Source: a virus | IMG/VR virus record: IMGVR_UViG_3300025141_013434 | Coordinates: 1 to 64,000 of that record | Direction: 5' to 3' (one strand) | Length of the DNA stretch: 64,000 bases | In this document: positions 42,109-53,700 of the stretch, one piece after another | Layout: each line of letters begins with the position of its first letter | How positions within the stretch are numbered: position 1 is the first letter of the stretch | Position numbers and translations under genes: made by a program | Notes under the pieces: model-generated | What the model was told of the DNA's origin: nothing | The model's database searches: none | The model's input: only the letters and a program-made list of their open reading frames with translations

Positions 42109-44649
42109 TTATTTGCTTTCTTTTTCTGCCTTTATTGATTCATCTGCGAGAGATTGATACTCTTTCTCTTCTTCCGCCTGTCTTGCTGCGGTGGCCCTCT
42201 TTTGAGACTTAGTGGATTCATTGTTCCATATCCCCTTCACATTCATTAAAAACGAACCAGGAGAGATTGTGGCGTCAACCCCTTGTGTTACATAGTATCC
42301 ACCCAGACCCAAGCGATCAGCTATTTGTAAACTGCCGCGGCCAGGAACTGTGGGCGTTATATAAAAGATTGTCCCTGGGCGCATAAACGTGTTTCCTGCC
42401 AACTCTAGGTCCACGTTGTATGGCTGTCGCATACGATCAATGGGCGCTCCGACTTCACGAGTCATACGATGTTCAGACAAGCCAGCAACATTGTTTCTAG
42501 CAAAATTTGCCCTCTTTAATAAACCCTTATCCCTTCCCAAATGATAATGCATAATTCCCCTCTCGGAGTCCTTATATTGGTCTCCACTAGTTGGAGGGTT
42601 CGGGTCCATCATAGAAGTAAACAAAAAGTTATTATAAAGAGGTTCCGAAGTTTCGCCACCCGGGGAATGAAACAAGCCCCCCTTTTCAGAAACCAATTGA
42701 TCAATGGTGACCCTGCCCTTTTTTATATTTTTGCGGGTTGTAACCACAATTCCTCCAATTCTGTTCAGATCCCTGCCTATCATATCGGCACCAAGGAAAC
42801 ACTCAGATGTCAATCCTGGACGAATCAACTCGACCATCACTGATTGGAGAAAATCCTTAAGAGGAATTGTGTTTACTGGCCTTTCATTGTATTTTTTGTG
42901 AAACCAAGCAGAAAAGCGCCTCAAAGAAATGGGTATATCAACTAAATTTATTATTGATGATTTTTGTGTAATGGGATTGTTGTAAATCATTGTACCCAAT
43001 ATAAAATTAACCCTGGAAGATCTTAATTGAAACTTGCAAATTCCCAAAACAGCCTCTAACAAGTCTCCTAGGAAAATAAACGGTATGACAATCGTTCCTT
43101 GGCCGGGATGTGCTCGATCTATCATTTTCTCCAACTTAAACGATCGATTGTATTTTCCTGTGCTCTTGTTGGGCGGTGTCTTCTTCGGCTTCTTTGGAGG
43201 CGGTTTCTTCTCGGGGCCTGGAACCTTCTTTATAGCATCCTCTTCTGACATTCCTTCTTTTACTAACTTTTTGCGTTTCTCTCTGGCTCTTTCTAGTTCT
43301 GCTGCACGAGCTTCTTTGTCCTTCTTATTCTTTTCCGCCCCTTCTCTGTCGACAGTTGATAGTCCACCATACTTATCAAAGTACGCGTCCAGGTCTTCAG
43401 CACTGACCCTGACGTTATACACACGAGACTTGTGGGTCGGGTCGCGATCATCTGTACCTATGTTCTCGATCGCTCGTACAATACGACTCATCCTCTCGTG
43501 GCCGCGGCCAGTTAGTATTTTTGTTTTTATGAAGTCATAGGTTATTTCACTCGGATCAAGATTCTCGTTGTCAAGAGCTTCGTGAATTAACTTCTGCGCG
43601 TCGGTATCGCCTTCGGCCAAGTGAGCTGCCATTTCTCTTCTCTTGTCCGATTCAGTAGAGCGCCAGGAGGAACCGAACAGGCCTATCGTTCTTTCCTTAA
43701 AGTCTTGTGCCACTTTTGTTGTCTGGACTCTAGATTTCACCCCAGCCAAGGCTAAATCGGTTCGGCGCTCATCGGGGCCTGAAGCGCCCAACAAATCCAC
43801 CTTACTTAATGCAACGTCAAGTCTAGCCCTGTACTTCAAAGTAAGATTAAATGAACCGTCCTGTTGAAAATCAAAGTCATGCTCTGTCAAGGTAAGCAAG
43901 AAATTCATCGATTGATCCTTGATGGCTTTGATTTCGGCTGGACTCAATAAACCAGCAACCTTTGTGGGAACGTTCCAGCCAACGACAACTTTTATTTCTA
44001 TCAATCTTCCAGGCTGAGGGAGGAGAAGGAGAGACTCGTACTGTGGATCTTCAAAAACTTTTAAAGAATCTCCCCACAGGCTCATGTTCGCTTGAAACAA
44101 GTTAGTTGCAGTCCAGGGATCTGTGCCATTCATTTGCCATGTGAAGCTCTTTAAACCTAAATTTTGGCCGCGAGATGCCGGGTCCGCTAGTAGTTTTTCC
44201 AGATCGTATGAAGTCCCTTGAAGCCTTACTTCTTTTTCTGTTGTATTTGATTGTTTGGGGACATCACCTTTGTAAGTAACCACGAACACTCTTATCTTTG
44301 GTACTAAGAGTGCCATTTGAGCAGGAGAGAGAGACATTAACAGCTGCTGATCTTTGTACCAAAGAAGTTGATTTATATTTGCGTTTGGGCTCGCATCGTT
44401 TCCCGCGATAACTGTAAAATTCTTATATTTTGTACCAGTATAAGAGTTGTCACGGGCCAAATGCTCCATCTTAGAAGTCAAATAGCACTGCTCTCTAAAT
44501 TCTTCCGCTCTTCTTTGTCTTGCTTTTTTGTTGGCTTCTTCCCGGGCCTTTTGAGCTTCGGGTGAGGTGTCGACACCTTCTGTTTCTTTGTTCGTTTCTT
44601 TTGGAGCCGTCTGGCTAGATGGGACTCTCGATCCGGGTGCGCCGTACAT
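42109..44649 (-). CDS. baseplate hub protein (gp27/GPD-like)
   Basis: C-terminal LELAGNTFMRPGTIFYI...GGYYVTQGVDATISPGSF; located downstream of the tape measure gene. Confidence 0.65.
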   Translation of the reverse strand: MYGAPGSRVPSSQTAPKETNKETEGVDTSPEAQKAREEANKKARQRRAEEFREQCYLTSKMEHLARDNSYTGTKYKNFTVIAGNDASPNANINQLLWYKDQQLLMSLSPAQMALLVPKIRVFVVTYKGDVPKQSNTTEKEVRLQGTSYDLEKLLADPASRGQNLGLKSFTWQMNGTDPWTATNLFQANMSLWGDSLKVFEDPQYESLLLLPQPGRLIEIKVVVGWNVPTKVAGLLSPAEIKAIKDQSMNFLLTLTEHDFDFQQDGSFNLTLKYRARLDVALSKVDLLGASGPDERRTDLALAGVKSRVQTTKVAQDFKERTIGLFGSSWRSTESDKRREMAAHLAEGDTDAQKLIHEALDNENLDPSEITYDFIKTKILTGRGHERMSRIVRAIENIGTDDRDPTHKSRVYNVRVSAEDLDAYFDKYGGLSTVDREGAEKNKKDKEARAAELERAREKRKKLVKEGMSEEDAIKKVPGPEKKPPPKKPKKTPPNKSTGKYNRSFKLEKMIDRAHPGQGTIVIPFIFLGDLLEAVLGICKFQLRSSRVNFILGTMIYNNPITQKSSIINLVDIPISLRRFSAWFHKKYNERPVNTIPLKDFLQSVMVELIRPGLTSECFLGADMIGRDLNRIGGIVVTTRKNIKKGRVTIDQLVSEKGGLFHSPGGETSEPLYNNFLFTSMMDPNPPTSGDQYKDSERGIMHYHLGRDKGLLKRANFARNNVAGLSEHRMTREVGAPIDRMRQPYNVDLELAGNTFMRPGTIFYITPTVPGRGSLQIADRLGLGGYYVTQGVDATISPGSFLMNVKGIWNNESTKSQKRATAARQAEEEKEYQSLADESIKAEKESK

Positions 44650-44651
44650 GA

Positions 44652-44987
44652 CTATACTCCATAATAAGACGTGATTTGATCCAAGGGCGAGGGAATATAA
44701 ATCAGATCTCCTTGAACGATGTGTGCCTCTGTTGGCATCTGATTAAACCAAGCAATGACCCACCACAAACTAGAGTCACCATAATATTCGTGAGCCAGTT
44801 TAAAAAATCTGTCCCCCAAAGTCCAACGATGGGGATAAAGTGTCAACTTTTCTATCTCTTCTTCAGTGGGATGTCGAAAATCCGCACTTCTGAACATGTG
44901 AATATTTTTTATGCCTCTCGCTTTAAAAAAATCCTTATACCTTTCTAGATCATTTAAGATCACATCTCTTTTTCTATATCTATCCAT
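44652..44987 (-). CDS. LysM-like baseplate wedge protein (gp53-like)
   Basis: GDRFFKLAHEYYGDSSLWWVIAWFN...GDLIYIP. Confidence 0.85.
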   Translation of the reverse strand: MDRYRKRDVILNDLERYKDFFKARGIKNIHMFRSADFRHPTEEEIEKLTLYPHRWTLGDRFFKLAHEYYGDSSLWWVIAWFNQMPTEAHIVQGDLIYIPSPLDQITSYYGV

Positions 44988-44993
44988 TCGATA

Positions 44994-45824
44994 TTACCCT
45001 ATGACCTTATTCTCTTGCGCTTTCTTGATTTTTGAATTCTTTGGCTTACCCTTGGAGTAGGCCAGATTACCACCAGCACCCTTAACTCCGCACATCGACT
45101 TCATGCCAGTAATTTGATGCATCCCATAAGGATATCCCTTTGCGTGCTTTTTGTCCTGACCAAGCCAATGTCCGTTTGGCGAGCCATCCCGGAATCCCAG
45201 ATCGTGTGTATGGAGAACAGTGAAATTACAATTTATTTCAAAAGCCTTCGGAAGTAACACGCCGGCTTCGGGGTTGAAAAAGCCCAGGTCTAAATCTGGG
45301 CTCATATCTATTCCGTCGATGAAGCCAAGCAGTCCGTTCTCGAAGGCGCTAGGCGACGATGGTGCCGGTACCGCGTCACTAATCAGGTTTGTAAACTTAA
45401 TTTTTAATAGTGGAGGACCTTGTAACGTATTTATATTATCCGCCACCTTGTAAGTGGGATAGAGCATGGTAGATAGATGTTCAAACTTGTGCAAATTCTT
45501 TCGAGCGTCGACTTCAGACTCTGCGGGAACCGAAAAGCCAAAAGTAATTTTTCTAGTCGTACCTTGAAACATCGCTATCGGATCCATTCTACCATAAACC
45601 TGCTCTTCTGTCCAGTTCGAACTATAAGAATCGCTGAAGGTGGTTATGAAAGATTTAAAATTTACACACTTGCCCGTTGCCACATGATAGAAGTCTATTA
45701 CCCACCCCTGATAATTAGCCCAGCCATCTTGGGCCGCGGCCACCCAAGAGCCGGCGTCGTGCGAACCGTGCTTTTTGGCGTTGTGGCCGTGCTTATCTGC
45801 TTTCGGGCCGTGCTTGTCTGCCAT
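44994..45824 (-). CDS. tail tube initiator / baseplate-tube junction protein
   Basis: FSDSYSSNW....YGRMDP...FQGTTRKITFGF...LYP...PPLLKIKF. Confidence 0.75.
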   Translation of the reverse strand: MADKHGPKADKHGHNAKKHGSHDAGSWVAAAQDGWANYQGWVIDFYHVATGKCVNFKSFITTFSDSYSSNWTEEQVYGRMDPIAMFQGTTRKITFGFSVPAESEVDARKNLHKFEHLSTMLYPTYKVADNINTLQGPPLLKIKFTNLISDAVPAPSSPSAFENGLLGFIDGIDMSPDLDLGFFNPEAGVLLPKAFEINCNFTVLHTHDLGFRDGSPNGHWLGQDKKHAKGYPYGMHQITGMKSMCGVKGAGGNLAYSKGKPKNSKIKKAQENKVIG

Positions 45825-45835
45825 CTGTGATCTCC

Positions 45836-48580
45836 TTATGTTATACTGTACAAATCATTATTTATAGTTCTAACAACTGATTGTCCAACCTTTCTTCCGT
45901 CTAACTCTATGACCGTGCTGCCAGTCTTCTTTTCCAGTGCGACCAAAAGGTCTGCAATCTTATCTAGCTTCTTCGCGAGAATTCCACCCTCTTTTAATCC
46001 GACCATTTCGTCAGACGAACTCGGCCTGTAAACCACAAAGTCATTAACCGGGGTCGGCGCTGGCGAAGACCCAGGACCGGCTGCGCTGTAAATCGCCTTT
46101 CCGACCATTTTCGTGGGTAGGACGGGCTCCAAAGCTCGCGATAACATTCGACCAAGAATATCCCCTCCCATATAAGCAGCCGTACTAGCTAGTATCCCGG
46201 CACCACCTGTCAACGCAGTCACTAGCGCTGCTGCTGCAGCACCGCCGCCGACACCGCCAATGGCTTCAAAAAAGCGCTCACCAATCGGACCATACATGTC
46301 CTCTGGGGTGTTGCTCGGATCCGACATAATGCTTTTAATGTCACCAAAAGCGAATATACCCTCCAGCAAAGATGCGACAATAGGTATTTTCCCCATGTTT
46401 CCGAACATTCTTTTGATCAACTCACCACCGGGAATTTTGCCTAACATGTTTCCCAGATGCTTTCCCACGAAATCCTTCCCGCCAGAAAGCATTCCCCCTA
46501 TCTTCGAGAAAAGGCCGGTGCCAGCTTTCGTTGTTGACATTTTCGTAATATCGCCTCCGGCCGCGGCCAAAGCTTCCTTAGCCCCCTTGCCGGCAAAGCC
46601 GGCTTGGATCTGCTTGGCGCTGAAATTCTTTCCGCCGATGTTGATTTTTCCGGCTGCGGCTTTGCCAGCTTCCGCGGCCTTTGATGCAACGCTGCTGGAG
46701 GAGGTTTGAGTTCCTTGGGTGGTGAGCTTCTCCGTAGCTTTGGTAGCTATGCCGGCAGCTTGAGCCATAAACTTAAAGCCGGCTACGATTTTGTCTACGA
46801 TAAACTTTACGCTCTTAAGTGCGACCGTGAGAATGCCCAGCGTTTTCACCATAATAACCATTTGAGGAGGGCCGTCGAAACCTAAAAGCTTAAAAAAGTC
46901 GCGCATGTAACCGTCTAAAGTGGCCATAATCTTAACCACCATCGCGATGGGTTTCAAGAGGGCTATAAGTGATTCTTTCATAAACACCAGAGATTCACCT
47001 TCGCCAAAAATGTCCTTAAACACCTCCTTAAAAATCGCTCTAACTTCCATCATAAACGTTGCAAACACACCCATCATGTTTTCAACATTCTTCGCCATCT
47101 CTTCCCGGGACTTTGCCTCTTTGTCTGCTTTGGCCATGGCCGATTCAAGCTCTTCTGGGCCTTTTGCCATCAGTTTGCCGAGTTCATCAATGTCCATGCC
47201 CAAAGTCTTTGCAATGCCTGCTTTCTGAAATTTCGACATCTGTTTAAACGTTAAGCCTTGAGCTTTCAATGTCCTGGACAAGGTCACCAGCCTTTCTGAT
47301 TCTGTTTGACCTAGAAGTTCTATTGAGTTCAAGTATGGGCCACCCAGCATTGCGTTTAGATCACCGGCCATATTGGCTGCGCCTTCGAATGTGTCCATGC
47401 CGGCCATAGTTTCGATCAAATTGCCGACGTCCATGTTTAAGGTCTTCGATGCCGCCTGCATCCTCTTGAACTCGATAGTCATACCATCGCCGTACTTGCT
47501 CAAAGATTTACTAGCAGCATTAAAGCTCTCCATTACCTGTGCGGGCGGGAGAGAGAGGGAATGCGCCAAAGTGACCATCTCTCGATTTGTCCTGTCTGCC
47601 TCTTCTGCGGTCATTCCAAGCGATGTTATAAGGAAGCCAGTAGACTGAGCAGTGGCTTGTGCGTCGATACCCATCTTGACCATTATGGCGGAAGTCTGCG
47701 CAAGGCTCACCTGGGTCTCTTCTGATAAGTCATAAAAGCCCTGAAACTCTGTTTGCATAGATTTCAGAGTTGCTGTCATTTCTTCTGACGCATTATCCAA
47801 AAGCTTTATATCTTGAGAAAATGTAGATACCTTATGACCTAGGTTTTCTATTCCCGTATCTGTGTAGAGTTCTTCGTTTAATTGATCGACTGCATGAAAA
47901 GTTTCCACAACCTTTGCAAGAAGAGCACCAACAATGACATAAGGGTTGAAGGCCGCGGCCAACTGAGCACCGACGCCTTGGCCGATACTTCCCAACATCT
48001 TCATGGAACCACCGGCTTCGCCGGCTTTGGCCATCAGCCCGCCGAGGCCGTCAGTCGAAAGACCGAAGAGGCCGGCGAAGGTTTTACCCATGCCTTCGCC
48101 CATGCTCTCGGCTTCACCTAAAAGTTCATTTTGTCTTTCAAGTGCGGCGTTCTTTTTCTTCTGGGCGTCTAGTTCTTTTTTGAGAGTCTTGAGAAGCTTC
48201 TGGTGTTTCTTTTCTTCCTCTTCACTCAGGCCCGTTACATTTTCAAGTATTTCGATCTTCTTTTTTAGATGATCTTCTTCTTCGCGTGCGGCTTTTTCTG
48301 CAGCTTGTCGTTCGATACTAGCTCTGGATCGGTTCGTATCGCGAATAGCGACAAGCTCCATCTCCATCTCAAGGTTAACTTGGCGGATCCTCTTCTCAAC
48401 TTCGAGATCTTTTATATACTGATCTGATTGTGCTCTGGAAATATCCCCAGTAGGTGTCTGAACGCCGTCTGAGCCGCTGGATGCAAAAGCTTTCTTTAAG
48501 GCTCTGAGTTCAGCGTCAGTTAAGTTTGCTGCGCTCTTGATTTTTTCGAGGATCGCTTGTAGTTCTCTTGAGATTGCCAC
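45836..48580 (-). CDS. tail tape measure protein
   Basis: 914-aa helical, Ala/Gly-rich protein; C-terminal IELDGRKVG; follows the chaperone pair. Confidence 0.85.
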   Translation of the reverse strand: MAISRELQAILEKIKSAANLTDAELRALKKAFASSGSDGVQTPTGDISRAQSDQYIKDLEVEKRIRQVNLEMEMELVAIRDTNRSRASIERQAAEKAAREEEDHLKKKIEILENVTGLSEEEEKKHQKLLKTLKKELDAQKKKNAALERQNELLGEAESMGEGMGKTFAGLFGLSTDGLGGLMAKAGEAGGSMKMLGSIGQGVGAQLAAAFNPYVIVGALLAKVVETFHAVDQLNEELYTDTGIENLGHKVSTFSQDIKLLDNASEEMTATLKSMQTEFQGFYDLSEETQVSLAQTSAIMVKMGIDAQATAQSTGFLITSLGMTAEEADRTNREMVTLAHSLSLPPAQVMESFNAASKSLSKYGDGMTIEFKRMQAASKTLNMDVGNLIETMAGMDTFEGAANMAGDLNAMLGGPYLNSIELLGQTESERLVTLSRTLKAQGLTFKQMSKFQKAGIAKTLGMDIDELGKLMAKGPEELESAMAKADKEAKSREEMAKNVENMMGVFATFMMEVRAIFKEVFKDIFGEGESLVFMKESLIALLKPIAMVVKIMATLDGYMRDFFKLLGFDGPPQMVIMVKTLGILTVALKSVKFIVDKIVAGFKFMAQAAGIATKATEKLTTQGTQTSSSSVASKAAEAGKAAAGKINIGGKNFSAKQIQAGFAGKGAKEALAAAGGDITKMSTTKAGTGLFSKIGGMLSGGKDFVGKHLGNMLGKIPGGELIKRMFGNMGKIPIVASLLEGIFAFGDIKSIMSDPSNTPEDMYGPIGERFFEAIGGVGGGAAAAALVTALTGGAGILASTAAYMGGDILGRMLSRALEPVLPTKMVGKAIYSAAGPGSSPAPTPVNDFVVYRPSSSDEMVGLKEGGILAKKLDKIADLLVALEKKTGSTVIELDGRKVGQSVVRTINNDLYSIT

Positions 48581-48594
48581 TTATAAAACCCTCG

Positions 48595-48900
48595 TTACTT
48601 GAAAGGCCAGATCAGCCCTGTGTCTCTTTCAAACTTACTTACAGCAGAGTTAAGCCGATATCTACTCTTGTAAGTAGCCGGATTGTTTAAACCGTATTGA
48701 TTGAAGGCTGTTACATAATTCTTTTCAGCCGCAAGGGCCCGCGAAAAGCGGTCTAACTGAAGAGGGGAACCCTTCACTCTGACACGGGGGAAGTAAGAGC
48801 CCGTCATGAGAGCCCTTAGTATGAATCTTATCTTTGTCGAAAATTGAGTCATAAACGACTCATTCATTAACGACAAATCAATTATTATTTCTTCATCCAT
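48595..48900 (-). CDS. hypothetical late protein
   Basis: 101 aa; late motif at 48940-48946. Confidence 0.65.
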   Translation of the reverse strand: MDEEIIIDLSLMNESFMTQFSTKIRFILRALMTGSYFPRVRVKGSPLQLDRFSRALAAEKNYVTAFNQYGLNNPATYKSRYRLNSAVSKFERDTGLIWPFK

Positions 48901-48981
48901 TTACATGCCCCATATACCTAATAATAATTATACTTAATTTAATTAGTCTTTTTAAAATAAAACAGGGCCGTGAAAACGACC

Positions 48982-49183
48982 CTATTTGTTTTTGTTTTTA
49001 CGACGAGACTTTTCTATTTCGTCTCGCTCGTCCTCGAATTGTTTAGATAGTCTCTGAAGAAACCATCTCCTTATCTTAATCGGGAGATTATATGCTTCTG
49101 TGAATCCCCATCCACCATGGTACTTCAACAGAAAGAATTCTTCATACACTGATTCTATGTATTTACTGCTTAGGCCAAAAAAA
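48982..49183 (-). CDS. tail assembly chaperone C-terminal extension (gpT/gp51-like), probably expressed by frameshift
   Basis: FFGLSS...LKYHGGWGFTEAYNLPIKIRRWF; starts at the T7 run overlapping the upstream gene's end. Confidence 0.7.
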
Positions 49184-50029
49184 CTCGGCCGTGACGGGCA
49201 CCTCCGTTTCCGCAACGTTTCCACAATTGGTGCACTCCGCGGCCTGGGAGAAATTCACGCTTGGCATAGCTTTAGTGTATGCTACTCTTAAGTATCTAGA
49301 ATCCATGGCTGGCATGTTATCTATAAATTCTGCTATTTGAGACTTATTCTCGATACCGTTTGCCTTTATGATCATTGATCTAAAAAGGTCTGTTAGGTTC
49401 GTCTCTGGAAGATTGTTTTTCGATTTCATATCTCTTGCTTTTTGCAAGAAATTCTCTTCGCGACCGGTCATGGCTTTTATTTCTACTAGAACTTTCGATG
49501 TTGGAAGTTCAATTTCAAAAGTTTTTTCTCTCGTAAAATTAAAAAGACTTTCTTCTGGATCTTCGAAGTCATACCCTTCCGCATATTTGGAAAGATCAAA
49601 TTCGTTTTCAAAAGAATTTTCACAAGCTGGACAAACTACTGTGACAGGATAATTTGCCCCGTATCCTGTAACTCTAGCCGCCATTAAAACGGCGTTTCTG
49701 TCCGCTATTAGCAAATCAGCTGGATTAACATTGTCTATCATTATACTCTGCATCAACCTTTCCAGAGCTTGCCCCTTTTTCAAAAGGGCCGGGGAAGTCA
49801 ATATGTCCTCTTCTTTTGCTGTCATAAACTTTATTTCTACAGTATCTTTACCGTGCAAAGGGTGGCCTGGGCCATAAAAAATACCCCTCGATGGCAACTC
49901 AACAATTTCTGTTGGTGTAGCGAAACTTAATAAAGAATTCTTGGTTGGCGCGGACTGATCATCCACCATGGTAGGAGTGTCGTCGGCGCTTGCAACCATT
50001 TTGCGCCGAGAACTATTTCTATCAGACAA
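49163..50029 (-). CDS. tail assembly / baseplate hub chaperone (gp26/gpG-like)
   Basis: ELPSRG.FY, MTAKEEDIL, two CxxC, ends EFFWP. Confidence 0.85.
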   Translation of the reverse strand: MSDRNSSRRKMVASADDTPTMVDDQSAPTKNSLLSFATPTEIVELPSRGIFYGPGHPLHGKDTVEIKFMTAKEEDILTSPALLKKGQALERLMQSIMIDNVNPADLLIADRNAVLMAARVTGYGANYPVTVVCPACENSFENEFDLSKYAEGYDFEDPEESLFNFTREKTFEIELPTSKVLVEIKAMTGREENFLQKARDMKSKNNLPETNLTDLFRSMIIKANGIENKSQIAEFIDNMPAMDSRYLRVAYTKAMPSVNFSQAAECTNCGNVAETEVPVTAEFFWPKQ

Positions 50030-50075
50030 TTTTTACCTCACTTTCTCTTTGTGCATTGTCTTATTCTATTTAATG

Positions 50076-50702
50076 CTATTCCACTGCTCTGCCGCCGGAG
50101 ATATTCCCGACGCCACCGCCTGCGCCACGCATTCGGCCGGCCGACAAGTCGGGTTCGCCCTTGGCTGTGTGATGTACACCCCCAGCACCAACGCTGGAGT
50201 TTATTCTTGCCCAGTCATAGCGCAGGGTAAGCTCTACATTTAGGAGATCGTCACTTTCATAGTCCAATTCATCAAAACTGATGGATTTTATCCAAGGATT
50301 ATAAAGCTGCCATTCTTCCAGGGGAACGCCCTCTGCGTCAAGTTGCTGCAGGTAGATCTTCCCGCCCACAGCGGAGACGGCTCTTTGTTTTGATATCGTT
50401 CTTGGAGCGCCGGCGAAATAATCGCCTGGGTCGTCATACCCAGAATCAAACAAAAGTTCCATCATCGTCTTTGATGCGTCCGGATAGACCGGATCGACCA
50501 GTGTGAGGGATATTTCCGCCCATTCGACTCGACCCGGATAGTAAAATTTATAATTCAAAAAATTATGTTCAGCTTCGGAAACAGTCACATTAGGTTTTGT
50601 AACCTTTTTGACAATCCACTGAGGAACGCCTCGAAAGCTCATGAGCCACCTGAATTTTCTTTTTGGCTCTACAGTAAAATCTGACCAAAAACTCTCTGAC
50701 AT
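50076..50702 (-). CDS. tail tube protein (gp19-like)
   Basis: EPKRKFRW, YPGRVEW..I.LT..DP, EEWQL.NPW, LDY, LTLRYDWA. Confidence 0.9.
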   Translation of the reverse strand: MSESFWSDFTVEPKRKFRWLMSFRGVPQWIVKKVTKPNVTVSEAEHNFLNYKFYYPGRVEWAEISLTLVDPVYPDASKTMMELLFDSGYDDPGDYFAGAPRTISKQRAVSAVGGKIYLQQLDAEGVPLEEWQLYNPWIKSISFDELDYESDDLLNVELTLRYDWARINSSVGAGGVHHTAKGEPDLSAGRMRGAGGGVGNISGGRAVE

Positions 50703-50767
50703 CGGAACAATCCTCCTAAAAAACTTCTTTCACCACTAACTAGTCAGCGATATGCGTTTATGCCACC

Positions 50768-53700
50768 TTAATCTTCAAAAGCGGCACCGGTTCTTGTAAT
50801 AACAAAATCAATTGCAATAAACTCAATTGCTCTAGCTGGCTTTAAGAAAATCTTAGCATACATTATGTTTCTATCAACCAAGTCAGGGGTTGTGGTCGAC
50901 TCATCGAGAATAACCTTGTAATCTGTTAAGCCAAATCTAGCCTTGACACCGTCAAGGAATGGCTCAACCTGACCCCTAAACCTATTCCAAGTGGACTGTA
51001 CATTCTGGTCAAACAAAAGCCTAGCTGCCATTATGGAAATTTCCTTCTTGAGGTAAATCATGAGCCTTCTGACGTTGATTCTGTCAAGAGCAGACTTTGT
51101 TGTCTGTAGAGTCTTTTGTCCAAAAATGACTATACCTTCTGCGGGGAACGTTGCGATAGGGTTGATGTTGTTTTCATACAAATCATCTCTGTCCTTCGAC
51201 GTAAGCCTTTGCGAGACGCCAAGGACTGGGAGACCAGCAGAGCCCTCTGAGAGCCCGCCTCTCGTAAAGCCAGCAGGGGCGAACCACAACTCTGAATTGC
51301 GCTCTATCGAACCAAACGTGCCGATTGCGACGACAGATGGCGGTACCCAGACACGGCGATCATTTATTTCATCATAGATTTTAACCCAAGGAAAATAAGC
51401 ACAACCATAACTGTTATTGAGGCCCCTCTTTTTGATCTTTGAGACTGCATCTCTTACACTGTTGTTTGTGATCCTTGTCTTAAAGTCATTCGTGTTTTCA
51501 GTACTAGGAGCGTATCCACCATTTTCGGGGTCAATGACTGCCAAACAATCCGCTCGGTCTTCTGCCGTGTTGAGAACATGATTTGTGATCAACGGGGCTC
51601 TCACACCAGGGACCGACAACATGTTAATTTCTACAACTTCAGGATCTGACACCGAGTCAATTGCCCTCTTAATAGAATGAGCATGAGCGTTTGATTTGAA
51701 GGCCAAGCCTGTTGTACCTAACCCAGAAGTGCCGCCGTGGAAAGGTTCCCTCTCTTTGACGTTTAGCCCATCAATACCGCCGAAAATCGGAGATGTAAAT
51801 CTGTCGAAACCTGTTTCCAGAAGATCTTTCCAGCTATTTCTTCTAGCTGTGTAAGAAGCGCCCAGGGCCCTAGAGCCTGAAACGTAAACTGCAGTCGATG
51901 CTTCGAACGGTCTCGAACCGGTTGCGAACGCTGCGGTACCGCCGTTGACACACAAATCATCCAAAGTAAAAACGAAGGAATCTTCTGTGAGTGACCCCGC
52001 ATCGTACTGTGCAGAGTTAGTCAAACCCTTACCGCCGCGGACAATGTCTATAACAGACTCATCAAACCGGTCACTCGCCTGTGCACGGTAAGTGCTCATT
52101 CCCCAGTAAGCATTCTTTTGATCGGACAAGCCCTCGTCCGAAGAGGAGATCCTCAAAGGAAGTGATGGGAAAACAATCTTTCCCTCTGTGAGTCGGTCCA
52201 TACCGAATATCCAATGGTCCGGACTCGACTGGGATACTACTACACCCGTATTTGTAAAATAGTTATTGGTAGACGGAGCGGCCATCAATGAACCGGTTCG
52301 AGCGATGCTAGAACCAGGATTTCTATTCGCCGTACTTCCGCTGCCCGGGTATGGCTGCCAATCCTTGGTTTCAAAGGTTGCCGTCTTAAATCTCGGAGGA
52401 CCGTAAAAGCCAAACGGGACGAACTGTGGATCGGTCGCGCCTTCGTCGACATTGGCATCTACCACAACTCTAATAAACCTGGACTGATTTGGATATTGAC
52501 CATAGGCCCTATATCTATTAGCAGCGGTGTCCCATTCCTGGTACATGTCCCCTACCTTTATCCCTATGTAATTACTAGAATTAGGATTAAGATTGCAGTT
52601 GCCATAAGATTCCACGACTTGTGGGGCCGAGTCCTTATCTCTAAGTCTTCTAACCTCTACTGTGAATGTTCCATATGGGTCGTTATCATTGCCCGCCTTT
52701 ACGTCCTTGATAGAAATTTTCAGATTTGTACAACCCCAAGTACCATCATCCAAAGTTACAAACCGGAATAGCTTCTGGGGCTGCTTCTTCGGGCCGAAAG
52801 CCGAACCTGAAACAGTAGTTATGTCTTGCGAAATAAACCAGCCTGTCTTTCCGGGTTGTGTGTCTAGTTGATTAACTGACCAGTCGACTGTGCCCTTTTT
52901 AAGTGGCATAATGACACCATAAAGAGAGCTTGCGCCCGCAGTGCCGCCCACAAACTGATCAGTCTTGTTGTGGAGGTCATACACCGACCTTTCGAAGGTC
53001 TCTCCAAGGAAGTATCTCTTGCGAGCTGTAGTCGATATCGTATTCGTACTCATTAGGCCGGGATTAGTATTGAACACCTTTCGAATATAGTTATCACTAT
53101 TTCTATTGAAATTGAAGACAACCTTTTCTTTATTTCCAATGGCTGTATTATCCCAAAGCCACCCAGTGAACTCAAATTTTTCAGTGTCCGTGGACTTAAC
53201 AGCTGTTACCGAACCCGAAGCTACGGTAGGATGGTTGGCCGAGGCCAAAACAATGTTGCTGCCATTTCCCTTATCTGTGGCAGAGCCGGAACCAACCAAC
53301 GAACCAGACAGTGCAATGCCGCCTGCATCAAAATACCAGACCGCGGCCAGAGAACCTGTCGTTTGGCGGCTGCCTGTAATAACTTGATTTCCGAAAGCGC
53401 AAGCGCCTCGTCGGTCGTATCGTTTTGCCGATGTTGATCCCGAAGAAAAGAGAAATAAGCCGAGTGCACCACCGGAGGTAGTCGGGGTTCCCCCAACAGA
53501 TGAATAGGTCGTCTTCCAGCCAGCTTCGCCGTTTGTTACTTTAGCCGGATCTGCCACGCCCAACAAACGAACAAAAGTAACCGGAGAAGAATTTCTTAAA
53601 TAAGCCTGTGCGGCATACGCAGCATAAGTGGGCGCGCCACGGTCGCCGTCTCTCCAAACGTCGCTAGTGCCGCCTCCGCCTGGAACGGGTTCACCAAAGA

